Source: an uncultured cyanobacterium (GTDB lineage: Bacteria > Cyanobacteriota > Cyanobacteriia > Cyanobacteriales > CAWCAG01). Taken from it: 64,000 nt of DNA. Below, piece by piece: positions 31,951 to 40,650 of this stretch. Where the stretch lies: assembly GCA_963803805.1 (NCBI GenBank), contig CAWDOD010000005.1:1-64000 (forward strand). Reading direction: 5' to 3'. Positions within the stretch are counted from its first letter, which is position 1; every line of letters starts with the position of its first letter. A model generated the notes under the pieces. The model had not been told where the DNA came from, ran no database searches, and saw only the letters and a program-made list of their open reading frames with translations. The translations under genes were made by a program, and so were the position numbers.

Positions 31951-33153
31951 TTATTGATCATCTAAAGCCACAATACCGGGTAAAGTTTTACCCTCAAGTA
32001 ACTCTAAACTTGCGCCACCACCAGTAGAAATATGGCTCATTTTCTCAGCCACACCAACCTTTTCTACTGCTGCTACGGAGTCACCACCACCAATAATGGT
32101 GATAACTTCTTTCTCTGTTAAATCGGCTAAGGAATTGGCGATCGCCTCTGTCCCTACAGCAAATTTATCAAATTCAAATACTCCCATGGGGCCATTCCAA
32201 ATTACGCACTTACAATCAGCAAGGGCTTCTTGGAAGGTTTTGATAGAATCAGGACCAATATCTAAACCCATCCAACCATCGGGGATATTCTCAGCACTAA
32301 CGGTTTTAGCTTCGGCATCAGGGGCGAAGTTATCAGCTACTACCACATCGGTGGGTAAGAGGAGGGCAACACCTTTTTCTTTGGCTTTCGCTTCTAAAGA
32401 TTTGGCTAATTCTAATTTATCTTCTTCTACTAAAGATTTACCCACCTTTAAGCCCCTAGCTTGATAGAAGGTGAAAATCATCCCGCCACCAATTAGCAGC
32501 TTGTCACACTTATCTAATAGAGTTTCAATAACACCAATTTTACTAGATACTTTTGAGCCGCCAATAATTGCCGCGAGGGGACGTTTGGGGTTATCTACGG
32601 CGTTTTGTAGATAGTTGAGTTCTTTTTCAATTAAGTAACCTGCTACGCTGGGGCTAAGATAGTTGGTTACTCCTTCGGTGGAAGCATGGGCGCGGTGTGC
32701 TGTACCAAAAGCGTCGTTAACGTAAAGATCCGCATTAGCAGCTAACTTTTTGGCAAATTCAGGATCATTACTAGTTTCTTCGTTATAGAAACGGACATTT
32801 TCTAATAAAGCAACATCACCGTTGTCCATTTTGCTAACTGTAGCAGCGACAGAATCACCGATACAGTCATCACAAACAATGACTTCTTTGTCCAATAACT
32901 CAGATAAACGCTTCGCCACAGGAGTTAAGCGTAATTCTTCTTTTACCTGACCCTTGGGACGACCCATATGACTAGATAAAAGTACCTTTGCCCCGTTTTC
33001 AACTAAATAATTTATGGTTGGTAAGGCTGCCCGAATGCGGGTATCGTCAGTGATGTTACCTGACTCTAGGGGGACATTAAAATCCGCCCTTACTAAAACT
33101 CGTTTTCCTTTTAAATCAGCCTCTGTTAAATCAGCTACAGTTTTTTTGGCCAT
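31951..33153 (-). CDS. pgk: Phosphoglycerate kinase
   Basis: [19 protein letters not shown] and [13 protein letters not shown] motifs. Confidence 0.98.
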   Translation of the reverse strand: MAKKTVADLTEADLKGKRVLVRADFNVPLESGNITDDTRIRAALPTINYLVENGAKVLLSSHMGRPKGQVKEELRLTPVAKRLSELLDKEVIVCDDCIGDSVAATVSKMDNGDVALLENVRFYNEETSNDPEFAKKLAANADLYVNDAFGTAHRAHASTEGVTNYLSPSVAGYLIEKELNYLQNAVDNPKRPLAAIIGGSKVSSKIGVIETLLDKCDKLLIGGGMIFTFYQARGLKVGKSLVEEDKLELAKSLEAKAKEKGVALLLPTDVVVADNFAPDAEAKTVSAENIPDGWMGLDIGPDSIKTFQEALADCKCVIWNGPMGVFEFDKFAVGTEAIANSLADLTEKEVITIIGGGDSVAAVEKVGVAEKMSHISTGGGASLELLEGKTLPGIVALDDQ

Positions 33154-33341
33154 AGTTTATTATCTCCGTGATCTCAAAAATTATTACTTTTTTTCTTTAC
33201 AAAGCATAAAATCAGCGTATCGCTGCTTGCTATTATTCATTCCCTGGGAATTTAAAGTTAAATTCATGATTCAATAAAATAAATTAGGGAATTGCTCTTG
33301 TGCAGATTGTACCGGAGTGAGTGTACCGGAGGTTAGATAAA

Positions 33342-33752
33342 ATGTTTAATGTTGTCATTTTTCCCATTGACCAAACCAGAGAAAGTCGCGATGCGGCCGA
33401 AACTGTAGCCAATGTTGTTCAAAAACATAACAGCAAGTTATTTATTCTGTCTGTGGTGGAAAAACCGACTCCAGGAGAAGCAACTGAAGTTACTCCGATG
33501 AATTCAGCAGAAAATGTGGAAAAGTTGCTTCAGGGGGCCAAAGCTATGTTTGCCCAAAAAGGTATTCAAGCTGAGATTATTGAACGAGAGGGAGTTCCTG
33601 CTTTTGTTATTTGTGATGTGGCTGATGAATTGAAGGCGAATTTGATTGTGATGGGTTGTCGGGGTTTAGGCTTGACAGAAGAAGGTTTATCTGAAAGTGT
33701 GACTAATCGCGTGATTAATCTTTCTCCTTGTCCGGTTTTGATTGTACCTTGA
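33342..33752 (+). CDS. Universal stress protein (UspA family)
   Basis: LIVMGCRG...SVTNRVINLSPCPVLIVP; ATG 33342 follows GGAGG. Confidence 0.92.
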   Translation: MFNVVIFPIDQTRESRDAAETVANVVQKHNSKLFILSVVEKPTPGEATEVTPMNSAENVEKLLQGAKAMFAQKGIQAEIIEREGVPAFVICDVADELKANLIVMGCRGLGLTEEGLSESVTNRVINLSPCPVLIVP

Positions 33753-33799
33753 TGGGGAGATAGGGAGATAGGGAAGGTTTGGTGATAGAATAATCGATG

Positions 33800-33916
33800 C
33801 TATATTGCTACTGAAATAACAGTACTTAATTTCACCAAAATCAAACCACAACCTTGACAAAACTGGTTATTACCAGGATTTTCGGGGCTAGGACAGGCAG
33901 GGTTGCAAAAGTACAT
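33800..33916 (-). pseudogene. 38-codon ORF carrying the 4-Cys prefix domain of cyanobacterial Ser/Thr kinases
   Basis: MYFCNPACPSPENPGNNQFCQGCGLILVKLSTVISVAI* (C-NP-C...N...FC-CG pattern). Confidence 0.55.
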
Positions 33917-34040
33917 AGGTAGTCTAGATAGGGCATTATCTTGAACTATTTGATTCTACCGAATTCGCGCAGAGTGCCTAGTGATTTCTAGTTATGAGGG
34001 TTAGGAAGTTATCGCACCAATTATGTGATTACAAGGGGAG

Positions 34041-34147
34041 GAACTTGCAGCCGTAGGGCATACGGTCAAGAGGTAAGGGCAAGGGTAAACACATTGGTGT
34101 CCCTGCGAATTAAGAATCCCCAGGCTTCTAGCCGTGGGGAGTGTCAA
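34041..34147 (+). mobile_element. IS200/IS605-family right end with tnpB 3' tail (orphan remnant)
   Basis: Reads ELAAVGHTVKR* (TnpB-like tail), then GAATCCCCAGGCTTCTAGCCGTGGGGAGTGTCAA, a subterminal hairpin ending in TCAA. Confidence 0.7.
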
Positions 34148-34162
34148 CAAAGACAAATAGTT

Positions 34163-35461
34163 TTAGTTAAGGGTTTCTAGTATTTGCCCATTACTAGCAA
34201 TAGGAGGGGTTAATTCCAAATCAGATACTGTTTCGATAGGGGTAAATTGCAATCCCCTCGCTTCTACAGCATCAGCTAAAGCTGCTTCTCGCAATTCTTC
34301 CCTTAATTCTGGTATTACAGCTAAAGCCCTTGTCCAATCAGGAATTTGCGCCCCCATAGGATCAGCGAAGTATTCTTCTCCGGCTTCCATAATCACCTTC
34401 TCGAAGATTTCTGTAGTAACTTCTTCTTGGTGACGGTCATAAAGTATGCCGTTGAAACGGGCATCAACGAAGTATTGTCGGGTATAATCCTGTGCCTCTC
34501 GGCGGAACTTAACCCGCAGGGCATGGAGATGATCTATGGTTAATATCACCCTTTCGGTTTCCGTTAAGGTACGTAAAATGGAACGGAGAATATCTCGACA
34601 CATTTTCTGCAACCCTTCACTAGTGGAGTTACCCAAGGATTGGTGTTTATGATCGAAGATACCAAGATCAATTTGAGAAATACGTTTTTCTGCTACGTTG
34701 CGATAAACCTCTGCCAGGAAACCAATTTCTAAGCCCCAGTTGCCGGGAATGCGGGTATTTAGGGCTAAATCATTGGTGAGGGCAAATTCTCCTGAAAGGG
34801 GATAGCGATAGGCACTTAGGTAACGCAAGTAATTCTGGTAGCCAAATAAGTCTGTTAAGGCAGTTAATAAAGGTGCAACAAATAATCTGACTACTCGACC
34901 ATTTAAGTTGCGAGGAGACTGTCCTAACCGGGCGTAGTAGGCTTTGTTAAAAGCAATGCCAAATTCCTTTTCTAGTAAGGGAAAGAGAAGTTTGAGGGGA
35001 TAGGAACGGTCATAGGTGACAATATCTGCATCGTGGAGGGCGATCGCTTCAGCTTCTAAAGTTGCTACTCCTAATCCTAACCATACTGCCCGACCTTTAC
35101 CTTTAAAAGCAAATAAGTCTAGCCCTTTAGTCCGGAGTTTTTCTAGAAGTTCTGTAGTTCTAGCACCATTTTCCCAGATAACAAAACTAGGTTGAGGTAA
35201 GACATCGAAGAATTTGACTGCTTTGGCATATTGTTCTTTGGTGTCTGCATAAAGACAAACAATTACTGTTTTGACAAAGCGACATTCTTTAAGATGTTCA
35301 ACAATTTGTCCTAAAGCTGGTCTTTCTAATTCTTCATATAAAGCAGGAATCAGAACTGCTGTAGGAGAAGTTTCACTTAAAAGTGTCAATCTAGCTTCAA
35401 GGCTTTCTAAATTGCACCCAAAGTCATGAATTGTGGTGATAAGTTCTTGTTTATAGTCCAT
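34163..35461 (-). CDS. gpgS: Glucosyl-3-phosphoglycerate synthase
   Basis: MDYKQELITTIHDF start, GKGRAVW, LHDADI, YPLSGEF and WGLEIG; divergent from a HAD phosphatase. Confidence 0.82.
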   Translation of the reverse strand: MDYKQELITTIHDFGCNLESLEARLTLLSETSPTAVLIPALYEELERPALGQIVEHLKECRFVKTVIVCLYADTKEQYAKAVKFFDVLPQPSFVIWENGARTTELLEKLRTKGLDLFAFKGKGRAVWLGLGVATLEAEAIALHDADIVTYDRSYPLKLLFPLLEKEFGIAFNKAYYARLGQSPRNLNGRVVRLFVAPLLTALTDLFGYQNYLRYLSAYRYPLSGEFALTNDLALNTRIPGNWGLEIGFLAEVYRNVAEKRISQIDLGIFDHKHQSLGNSTSEGLQKMCRDILRSILRTLTETERVILTIDHLHALRVKFRREAQDYTRQYFVDARFNGILYDRHQEEVTTEIFEKVIMEAGEEYFADPMGAQIPDWTRALAVIPELREELREAALADAVEARGLQFTPIETVSDLELTPPIASNGQILETLN

Positions 35462-35493
35462 AGAACTACATAAGATCCTAATACGATCTCTCA

Positions 35494-35536
35494 ATTATGG
35501 AATATTACCGAAATATTTGATGTTTGCGTTGATACA
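35494..35536 (-). promoter_or_regulatory. NtcA-type activated promoter for gpgS
   Basis: Minus strand TGTA-TCAACGCA-AACA (core 35535-35522), 22-nt spacer, then -10 CATAAT (35499-35494). Confidence 0.65.
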
Positions 35537-35600
35537 AATTTCCTAACAGGTAATATCTCTTAAGCTAAACTAACAAGAAAAATTTAAAATTCGTTAACCA

Positions 35601-36416
35601 ATGTTAATTATCTTCACTGACTTAGATGGAACTCTTCTTGACCCCGAAGACTATAGTTATGAACCGGCATTGCCAATGCTCGAAAAGCTAAAGCAGGAGA
35701 AGATTCCTGTGATTCCTGTGACGAGTAAAACCCGTGCAGAAGTAGAAGATTTGTTACAAGAATTGGGTATGATAGACCCTTTTGTGGTTGAAAATGGCAG
35801 CGGTATTTTTTTGCCAGCAACTGACCCGCGTTTTCAGGTAAATACAAAGGAGAAGTGGGGAAATTATATTTTGCTCCGTTTAGGGATGAGTTACGGTGAA
35901 GCTAGAGAAGGATTAAAAGCCGTTGCCAAGGATTTAAGTCTACATTTACAAGGTTTTGGGGATTTAAGTGATGCCCAATTACATCAATTAACAGGCTTGT
36001 CATCAGAGGCAATTAAACGGGCGAAGGCAAGGGAATTTACAGAACCTTTTGTTACCCCCTTTGAAGTTAGTTCCCAAAGAATCGAAGAAGCCGTAAAAAA
36101 TCAAGGTTTTAAAGTAGTAGTGGGAGACAGATTTTCCCATTTAATTGGACCTGAAGCGGGTAAAGGATTGGCGGTGAAAGAGTTGGAATTGCTTTACCAA
36201 AAAACAGTTTCAAATGAGAAGATTATTACTGTTGGTTTAGGTAACAGCCCTAATGACATCGCTATGTTAGAAAATGTTGATCATCCCTTCATTATCCCTG
36301 GACGTAAAGGGCCTCATCCTGGTTTATTAGGTAGGGGATGGACAGTTGCCTCTCATCCTGGGCCAACCGGTTGGTATTCTGTTATTAGTGAGCAGTTATC
36401 TAGTTACGAGAATTAG
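35601..36416 (+). CDS. gpgP: Glucosyl/mannosyl-3-phosphoglycerate phosphatase (HAD-IIB)
   Basis: FTDLDGTLL, TSKTRAE, ENGSGI, REFTEPF and LGNSPNDIAML motifs; paired with gpgS. Confidence 0.82.
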   Translation: MLIIFTDLDGTLLDPEDYSYEPALPMLEKLKQEKIPVIPVTSKTRAEVEDLLQELGMIDPFVVENGSGIFLPATDPRFQVNTKEKWGNYILLRLGMSYGEAREGLKAVAKDLSLHLQGFGDLSDAQLHQLTGLSSEAIKRAKAREFTEPFVTPFEVSSQRIEEAVKNQGFKVVVGDRFSHLIGPEAGKGLAVKELELLYQKTVSNEKIITVGLGNSPNDIAMLENVDHPFIIPGRKGPHPGLLGRGWTVASHPGPTGWYSVISEQLSSYEN

Positions 36417-36617
36417 TTTCTTTCAGTTATTATTAAAGATTGTTAATCCTAAAAGTAATATTCATCTTACTTCTAAAATGGAGCGATTGCAGATGGTAAA
36501 ATTTAAACCGCTTTTGCATCTACCTACCAGCGAAGAGTTACCTTGCTCTGATGATACCCCTGTGGATAACGAACTCCAAAACCTCGTTCCCAACTGACTC
36601 TTAAATATCCTTGCTTT

Positions 36618-37939
36618 GTAAGTATTCAGGTGGTGGATTGAGGAATAAGAGAAGGGATAAAAGAAACACCAACATGAGCTTGCAAAGCCTTCTCAAAGAA
36701 ACGAATCACAGAACGCTTCTGAAGGCGACACGATTGAATAATGCTCAGAAGATAAGCAGTAGAGCGAAATCGACTTAGGGAACGAGAGCCACCACAAACT
36801 TTGCGCTTAGTAACAGCAGTTCTTAAACAGCGTTCAGCCAAATTATTGTCAGGGGGAACTTCTGGATGGTCAAGAAAATACCACCACTGGTGGGCTTTAT
36901 CCGTTAATGAGCGCAGGAGCTTTCCCGCTTCATGACCAGCACAACTGAGCCAGTGAGCAACTTGTCTTCTCACTCTTTCTCGAAACTCCATCCCCCAGTG
37001 GCGGTACTGAGTCTCATCTTGAGTCTGCCGCCAGAGTTGATGTTGCTCAAACGATTCTGATATCAGCCCTAGAAACACTTGAGCAATGTCTTGATTATGC
37101 TTGCCTTTGGTTTTGAATAACCTCTTGAAATGACGCAGTAGATGGGCTAGACACTTTTGCTGTCCTCTGGCTGGATAACTATTGTAGACACTGAAATCGT
37201 CACTAATAATTACCCCACCATAGCTGGAACCTAAAACCCCTTCTAGTTCTTTTCTTCCTCTGGTATCTCCACTATGAAACAGGCAAAATCTTTCTCCTGC
37301 CAACACCCATAACCATTCCTTTACACCCACTACTGGCCAAGGTGTCTCATCAATATGAAGGTTCGGTCCCAACTCTTGAGCTGGTATCATCTGTTGCGAC
37401 CATGACGCTGCTGTTACCCCTCCACAACGACTACATTGACAGTGATGGCGCTCGTACTCCACTATCTCTATTGGTCTTTCTACCAGTTGGGCTACTTGCT
37501 GAAGTTCTACTTTCACTGCCTTGCCTGTGAATTCTTTTCCCCCACAGTTGATGCAGGTTTCTGGTTTGAGTAATTCATACCGGTCTACCCGCCCAAATCC
37601 TTTTCTTGTCTTCCCTTTATGTCCTGGCTGTCCTCCTGCCTTTCTTTTCACTGACTCTGCTTGTTTTTCTTCCTTTTTTCCCTTCTCACTTTTTTTCAGT
37701 AGATCCGTTGATGGCGGTTTTGATGATGTTTGAGAATCTGCATTCAATCTTACTTTCAGCTTTTCTATCTCTTCACAGAGCTTCCCTATTACCTTCTTTT
37801 GAGCTATCACCATCTCTACCAGTTTTTCTTTCGGCAACTGGGACAATTCTTCTGCTGTTTTTTCTGGCGTTCCTTCTTTCATATTTGCTTACTCTACCTA
37901 CTCCTCTGTTTTTGTCAACCCCTCCACCTGAATCCTTAC
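36618..37939 (-). mobile_element. IS66-family element
   Basis: TIRs GTAAGTATTCAGGTGG / GTAAGGATTCAGGTGG; 8-bp TSD CTTGCTTT at 36610-36617 and 37940-37947. Confidence 0.93.
36626..37882 (-). CDS. IS66 transposase, probably internally deleted
   Basis: SSKPPSTD, GGQPGHKG, zinc finger, HIDET, IISDD, QKCLAHL and DNNLAER motifs. Confidence 0.88.
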   Translation of the reverse strand: MKEGTPEKTAEELSQLPKEKLVEMVIAQKKVIGKLCEEIEKLKVRLNADSQTSSKPPSTDLLKKSEKGKKEEKQAESVKRKAGGQPGHKGKTRKGFGRVDRYELLKPETCINCGGKEFTGKAVKVELQQVAQLVERPIEIVEYERHHCQCSRCGGVTAASWSQQMIPAQELGPNLHIDETPWPVVGVKEWLWVLAGERFCLFHSGDTRGRKELEGVLGSSYGGVIISDDFSVYNSYPARGQQKCLAHLLRHFKRLFKTKGKHNQDIAQVFLGLISESFEQHQLWRQTQDETQYRHWGMEFRERVRRQVAHWLSCAGHEAGKLLRSLTDKAHQWWYFLDHPEVPPDNNLAERCLRTAVTKRKVCGGSRSLSRFRSTAYLLSIIQSCRLQKRSVIRFFEKALQAHVGVSFIPSLIPQSTT

Positions 37940-38196
37940 CTTGCTTTTATTTGGCAAGAACGGCAAGATTGGTTTTTTGGGGTAGATATGGGTATGTACT
38001 ACCAAGATGAAAACGAATCGGAAGGTTACAAACTGATCATACCAGATGGTTTCTTAAGTATTGGTGTACCGAGACGTTCTGGTAAAAATGGCAGACTTAG
38101 TTATGTATTGTGGGAAGAAAAGGTTTCCCCAATTATGGCAATCGAAATAGTCTCTAAAAGTTACAACAATGAGTATGAAGAAAAACTAGAAAAGTA

Positions 38197-39026
38197 GGTT
38201 CTACCGAACTTGCAATGTGAAAACAAAAAACCAGAAAATAGATACTCAAGCTTTAAATATATAGTTTTATGTCTATAAAGTTTATCCAGCTTGCATTTCA
38301 AAGAAATGGGTTGAGTGAACAAGAAATAGAAACAATGCTCAAAGAAGTTGGAGCAGAATTAAAAAATCAATTGCCTCTGAATTTAAAGAGATTGGGGATT
38401 GATGAAATAGCAGTAGTCAAAGGGCAGGGAAATTATTATAAAGTGGCTAATAAATTAATGCCAAATGCCGAAGTAGTAGCAGATAGATTCCATGTCATGA
38501 AGCAAGTTAATGACGAATTAGATGCTCAAAGAAAGAAACTAAAAAGAGAAACTAACAATCAGAACTCCTCAGAAGAAAAGCAAGAAATCCTCACAGGATT
38601 AAACAAAAGTAAATATGCCTTACTAAAAAATGAATTAGACTTGAGCGAAGAGCAAAAGATTAAATTAAACCAAGTCAATAAAGTCTCACCTTTTCTAGGT
38701 AAAATGCACAGATTAAAAGAGGAATTTAGAACTATATTTGAACAGAGCCAAGACTGGAGTGAAGGATTATTAGAAATAGCTAATTGGTGCGCTCAAGCTT
38801 ACTCGTATTTCCCAAAAAGCTGTGGAACAATAAGGCGTTGGATGGGAGAGATTATAGCCTACTTTGATGAGGGTACAACTCAAGGAGTAGTGGAAGGAAT
38901 TAACAACAAGTTGAAGTTGATTAAAAGGAGAGGTTACGGATTCAGGAACTTTGACAATTTTTCTCTGAGAAGCTTGTTGACTTGGCATTTCAACTGCTAA
39001 TCTTACATTCTAAGTTCGGTAGAACC
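38197..39026 (+). mobile_element. ISL3-family element (830 bp, shortened)
   Basis: TIR GGTTCTACCGAACTT at both ends; 8-bp TSD GAAAAGTA at 38189-38196 and 39027-39034. Confidence 0.93.
38269..39000 (+). pseudogene. ISL3 transposase with in-frame internal deletions (243 aa)
   Basis: [14 protein letters not shown] and [21 protein letters not shown] present. The N-terminal zinc-finger region and the segment between GNY and the DRFH block appear to be missing. Confidence 0.8.
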
Positions 39027-39172
39027 GAAAAGTATCAGAATTTAGGAATACTTTACTACCTAATTTACAACCCCAATCATTGGAAAAGAGACAAGCATCA
39101 ACCCCTAGAATTGTATCGTTTAGAAGAGGGAGAATATATCTTACAACCAGAAGAGCCTTATTGGTTGCCAGA

Positions 39173-40183
39173 ACGTGAGTTCGAAGAAGTCAAAAGAGAG
39201 CAGGAGGAAGAGAATTTAGGGCTTTTGGGTCAAGATCGAGAGAAGGTTTCTTGGGCAAATAAGTATAAGCAGTAAGGCCAGCCAAAAGATTAACCAGAAA
39301 ATTCCAAATGCTTCGATGCCTGGAATGTTCTATTTGGCAGATGTTCTTAAGCTGGTCATTGACAGTTTCAATCAGAGAGCGCTTTCTTAAAAGTATCTTG
39401 TCCCTCAAGCGGATTAATTTTTGCTTCATGTTTTTTTTACGTCCTGTGATGAGTTCTAGCCCTTGCTCATAGAGTTTCTCAAACAACTCCTGAGAAATAT
39501 AACCACGGTCTCCAAATAACTTACCAATCAAGTCTTGAGTCATGTCAGGCACGGGCTTACGGTCATCAGTATTTCCAGTAGTTAGCTTGAAAGCAAGTAA
39601 CTCACCTTTGTCATTGATAATCAAGTGCAGTTTGAAGCCATAGTGCCATCCCATAGAGTTTTTGCCCCAACCTACCAAACCCTCAAAGACACGGTGGCTT
39701 TTGGAGCGATTGGGATGACAGACTTCAATGGGTGTCGAGTCAATAAAACTGATGCCTGTGATTTCCCCTCTACGGCTATGGAGAAAGCAACACAGAAGCA
39801 TCAAGCACCAAGGCATTAACTCTACAAATCGTGTGTAGCTGACTAAATTGGGAAATGCTTTGCGCCAGTAAGGTAATACTTGCAGAGTGTAAAATTCTTT
39901 GAAGGTGCGAAACCCCGAACCATGAAAGGCAATTACTATTGTCATTACTTCACTTAAGCTTAAACGAGAGCGACACAGACGTTCTCCACAAATTGCTGTC
40001 AACATTGGCTGTTGTTGCCAATGCTTTTCAAATAATTGATAGAAGTCATCTACTTCACAAAAAATTTGGGTAATATCCAGACGAGATACAATAGTAGACA
40101 TGGCATCAGATGTTGATTAAGATTCATTTTCAGCATAACTCTGATGCTTTTCTTTTCTCTATTTTTCTCCATCGAACTCACGT
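39173..40183 (-). mobile_element. IS982-family element (1011 bp)
   Basis: TIR ACGTGAGTTCGA at both ends; 8-bp TSD TTGCCAGA at 39165-39172 and 40184-40191. Confidence 0.93.
39190..40101 (-). CDS. IS982 transposase, apparently intact
   Basis: FIDSTPI, GFKLHL, LFGDRGYIS and RSLIETVNDQLK DDE motifs. Confidence 0.92.
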   Translation of the reverse strand: MSTIVSRLDITQIFCEVDDFYQLFEKHWQQQPMLTAICGERLCRSRLSLSEVMTIVIAFHGSGFRTFKEFYTLQVLPYWRKAFPNLVSYTRFVELMPWCLMLLCCFLHSRRGEITGISFIDSTPIEVCHPNRSKSHRVFEGLVGWGKNSMGWHYGFKLHLIINDKGELLAFKLTTGNTDDRKPVPDMTQDLIGKLFGDRGYISQELFEKLYEQGLELITGRKKNMKQKLIRLRDKILLRKRSLIETVNDQLKNICQIEHSRHRSIWNFLVNLLAGLTAYTYLPKKPSLDLDPKALNSLPPALF

Positions 40184-40650
40184 TTGCCAGAAATAGGTTT
40201 AGGAATAGGTAGAGATAAATCAACTCATTTAGGATGGGAACGAGAATGGCTGCTGTGGTATAACAAAGAGGGTAAAGCTTATCCGATTGTTGAAGAAGTA
40301 ATTGGGGATATGCAACAACAGTTAGAAAAAGAGCGTCAATGAGCTGAAAAAGCTCAACAGGAAAAACAATTTAGAGAAGAACAACAGAGACAGACTGTAA
40401 TTCGACTTTCCTCTTTGGGATTAAGTGCAGAACAAATTGCCGATGCTTGTCATCTCTCCCTTGCAGAAGTTAGAGCCATTCTTGAATAAATTTAACCCTA
40501 TTTCCCAAAATTACGAGGCTCTTTTTAGCCTCAGCAAGTATATATATCTATACTACTGCTGTGGACTTTTTTAAGGCTAAGAGGTGGGATCGCATCTCTT
40601 AGCATTAGGTTCCACATCCTGATTCCAGAAGACAGTTGGGAGCATCTATT

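Larger units (their letters stand above)
36493..40489 (+). pseudogene. Uma2-family (PD-(D/E)XK) endonuclease split by three IS elements, with two nonsense codons
   Basis: Removing each IS plus one TSD copy rejoins one frame: LPCSDDTPVDNELQ..DWFFGVDMG..PDGFL..AIEIVSK..KYQNLGILYYLIYNP..WLPEIGLGIG..GLSAEQIA. In-frame TGA at 36595 and 40340. Confidence 0.9.

Noticed and set aside
36595..36597. In-frame TGA codons in Uma2 as recoding (Sec or Trp read-through)
   Set aside because: TGA is an ordinary stop in other genes here, and the gene is already destroyed by three IS insertions
37342..38197. Several plus-strand ORFs overlapping IS66
   Set aside because: Antisense to the transposase; only the part after 37940 is real (Uma2 fragment)
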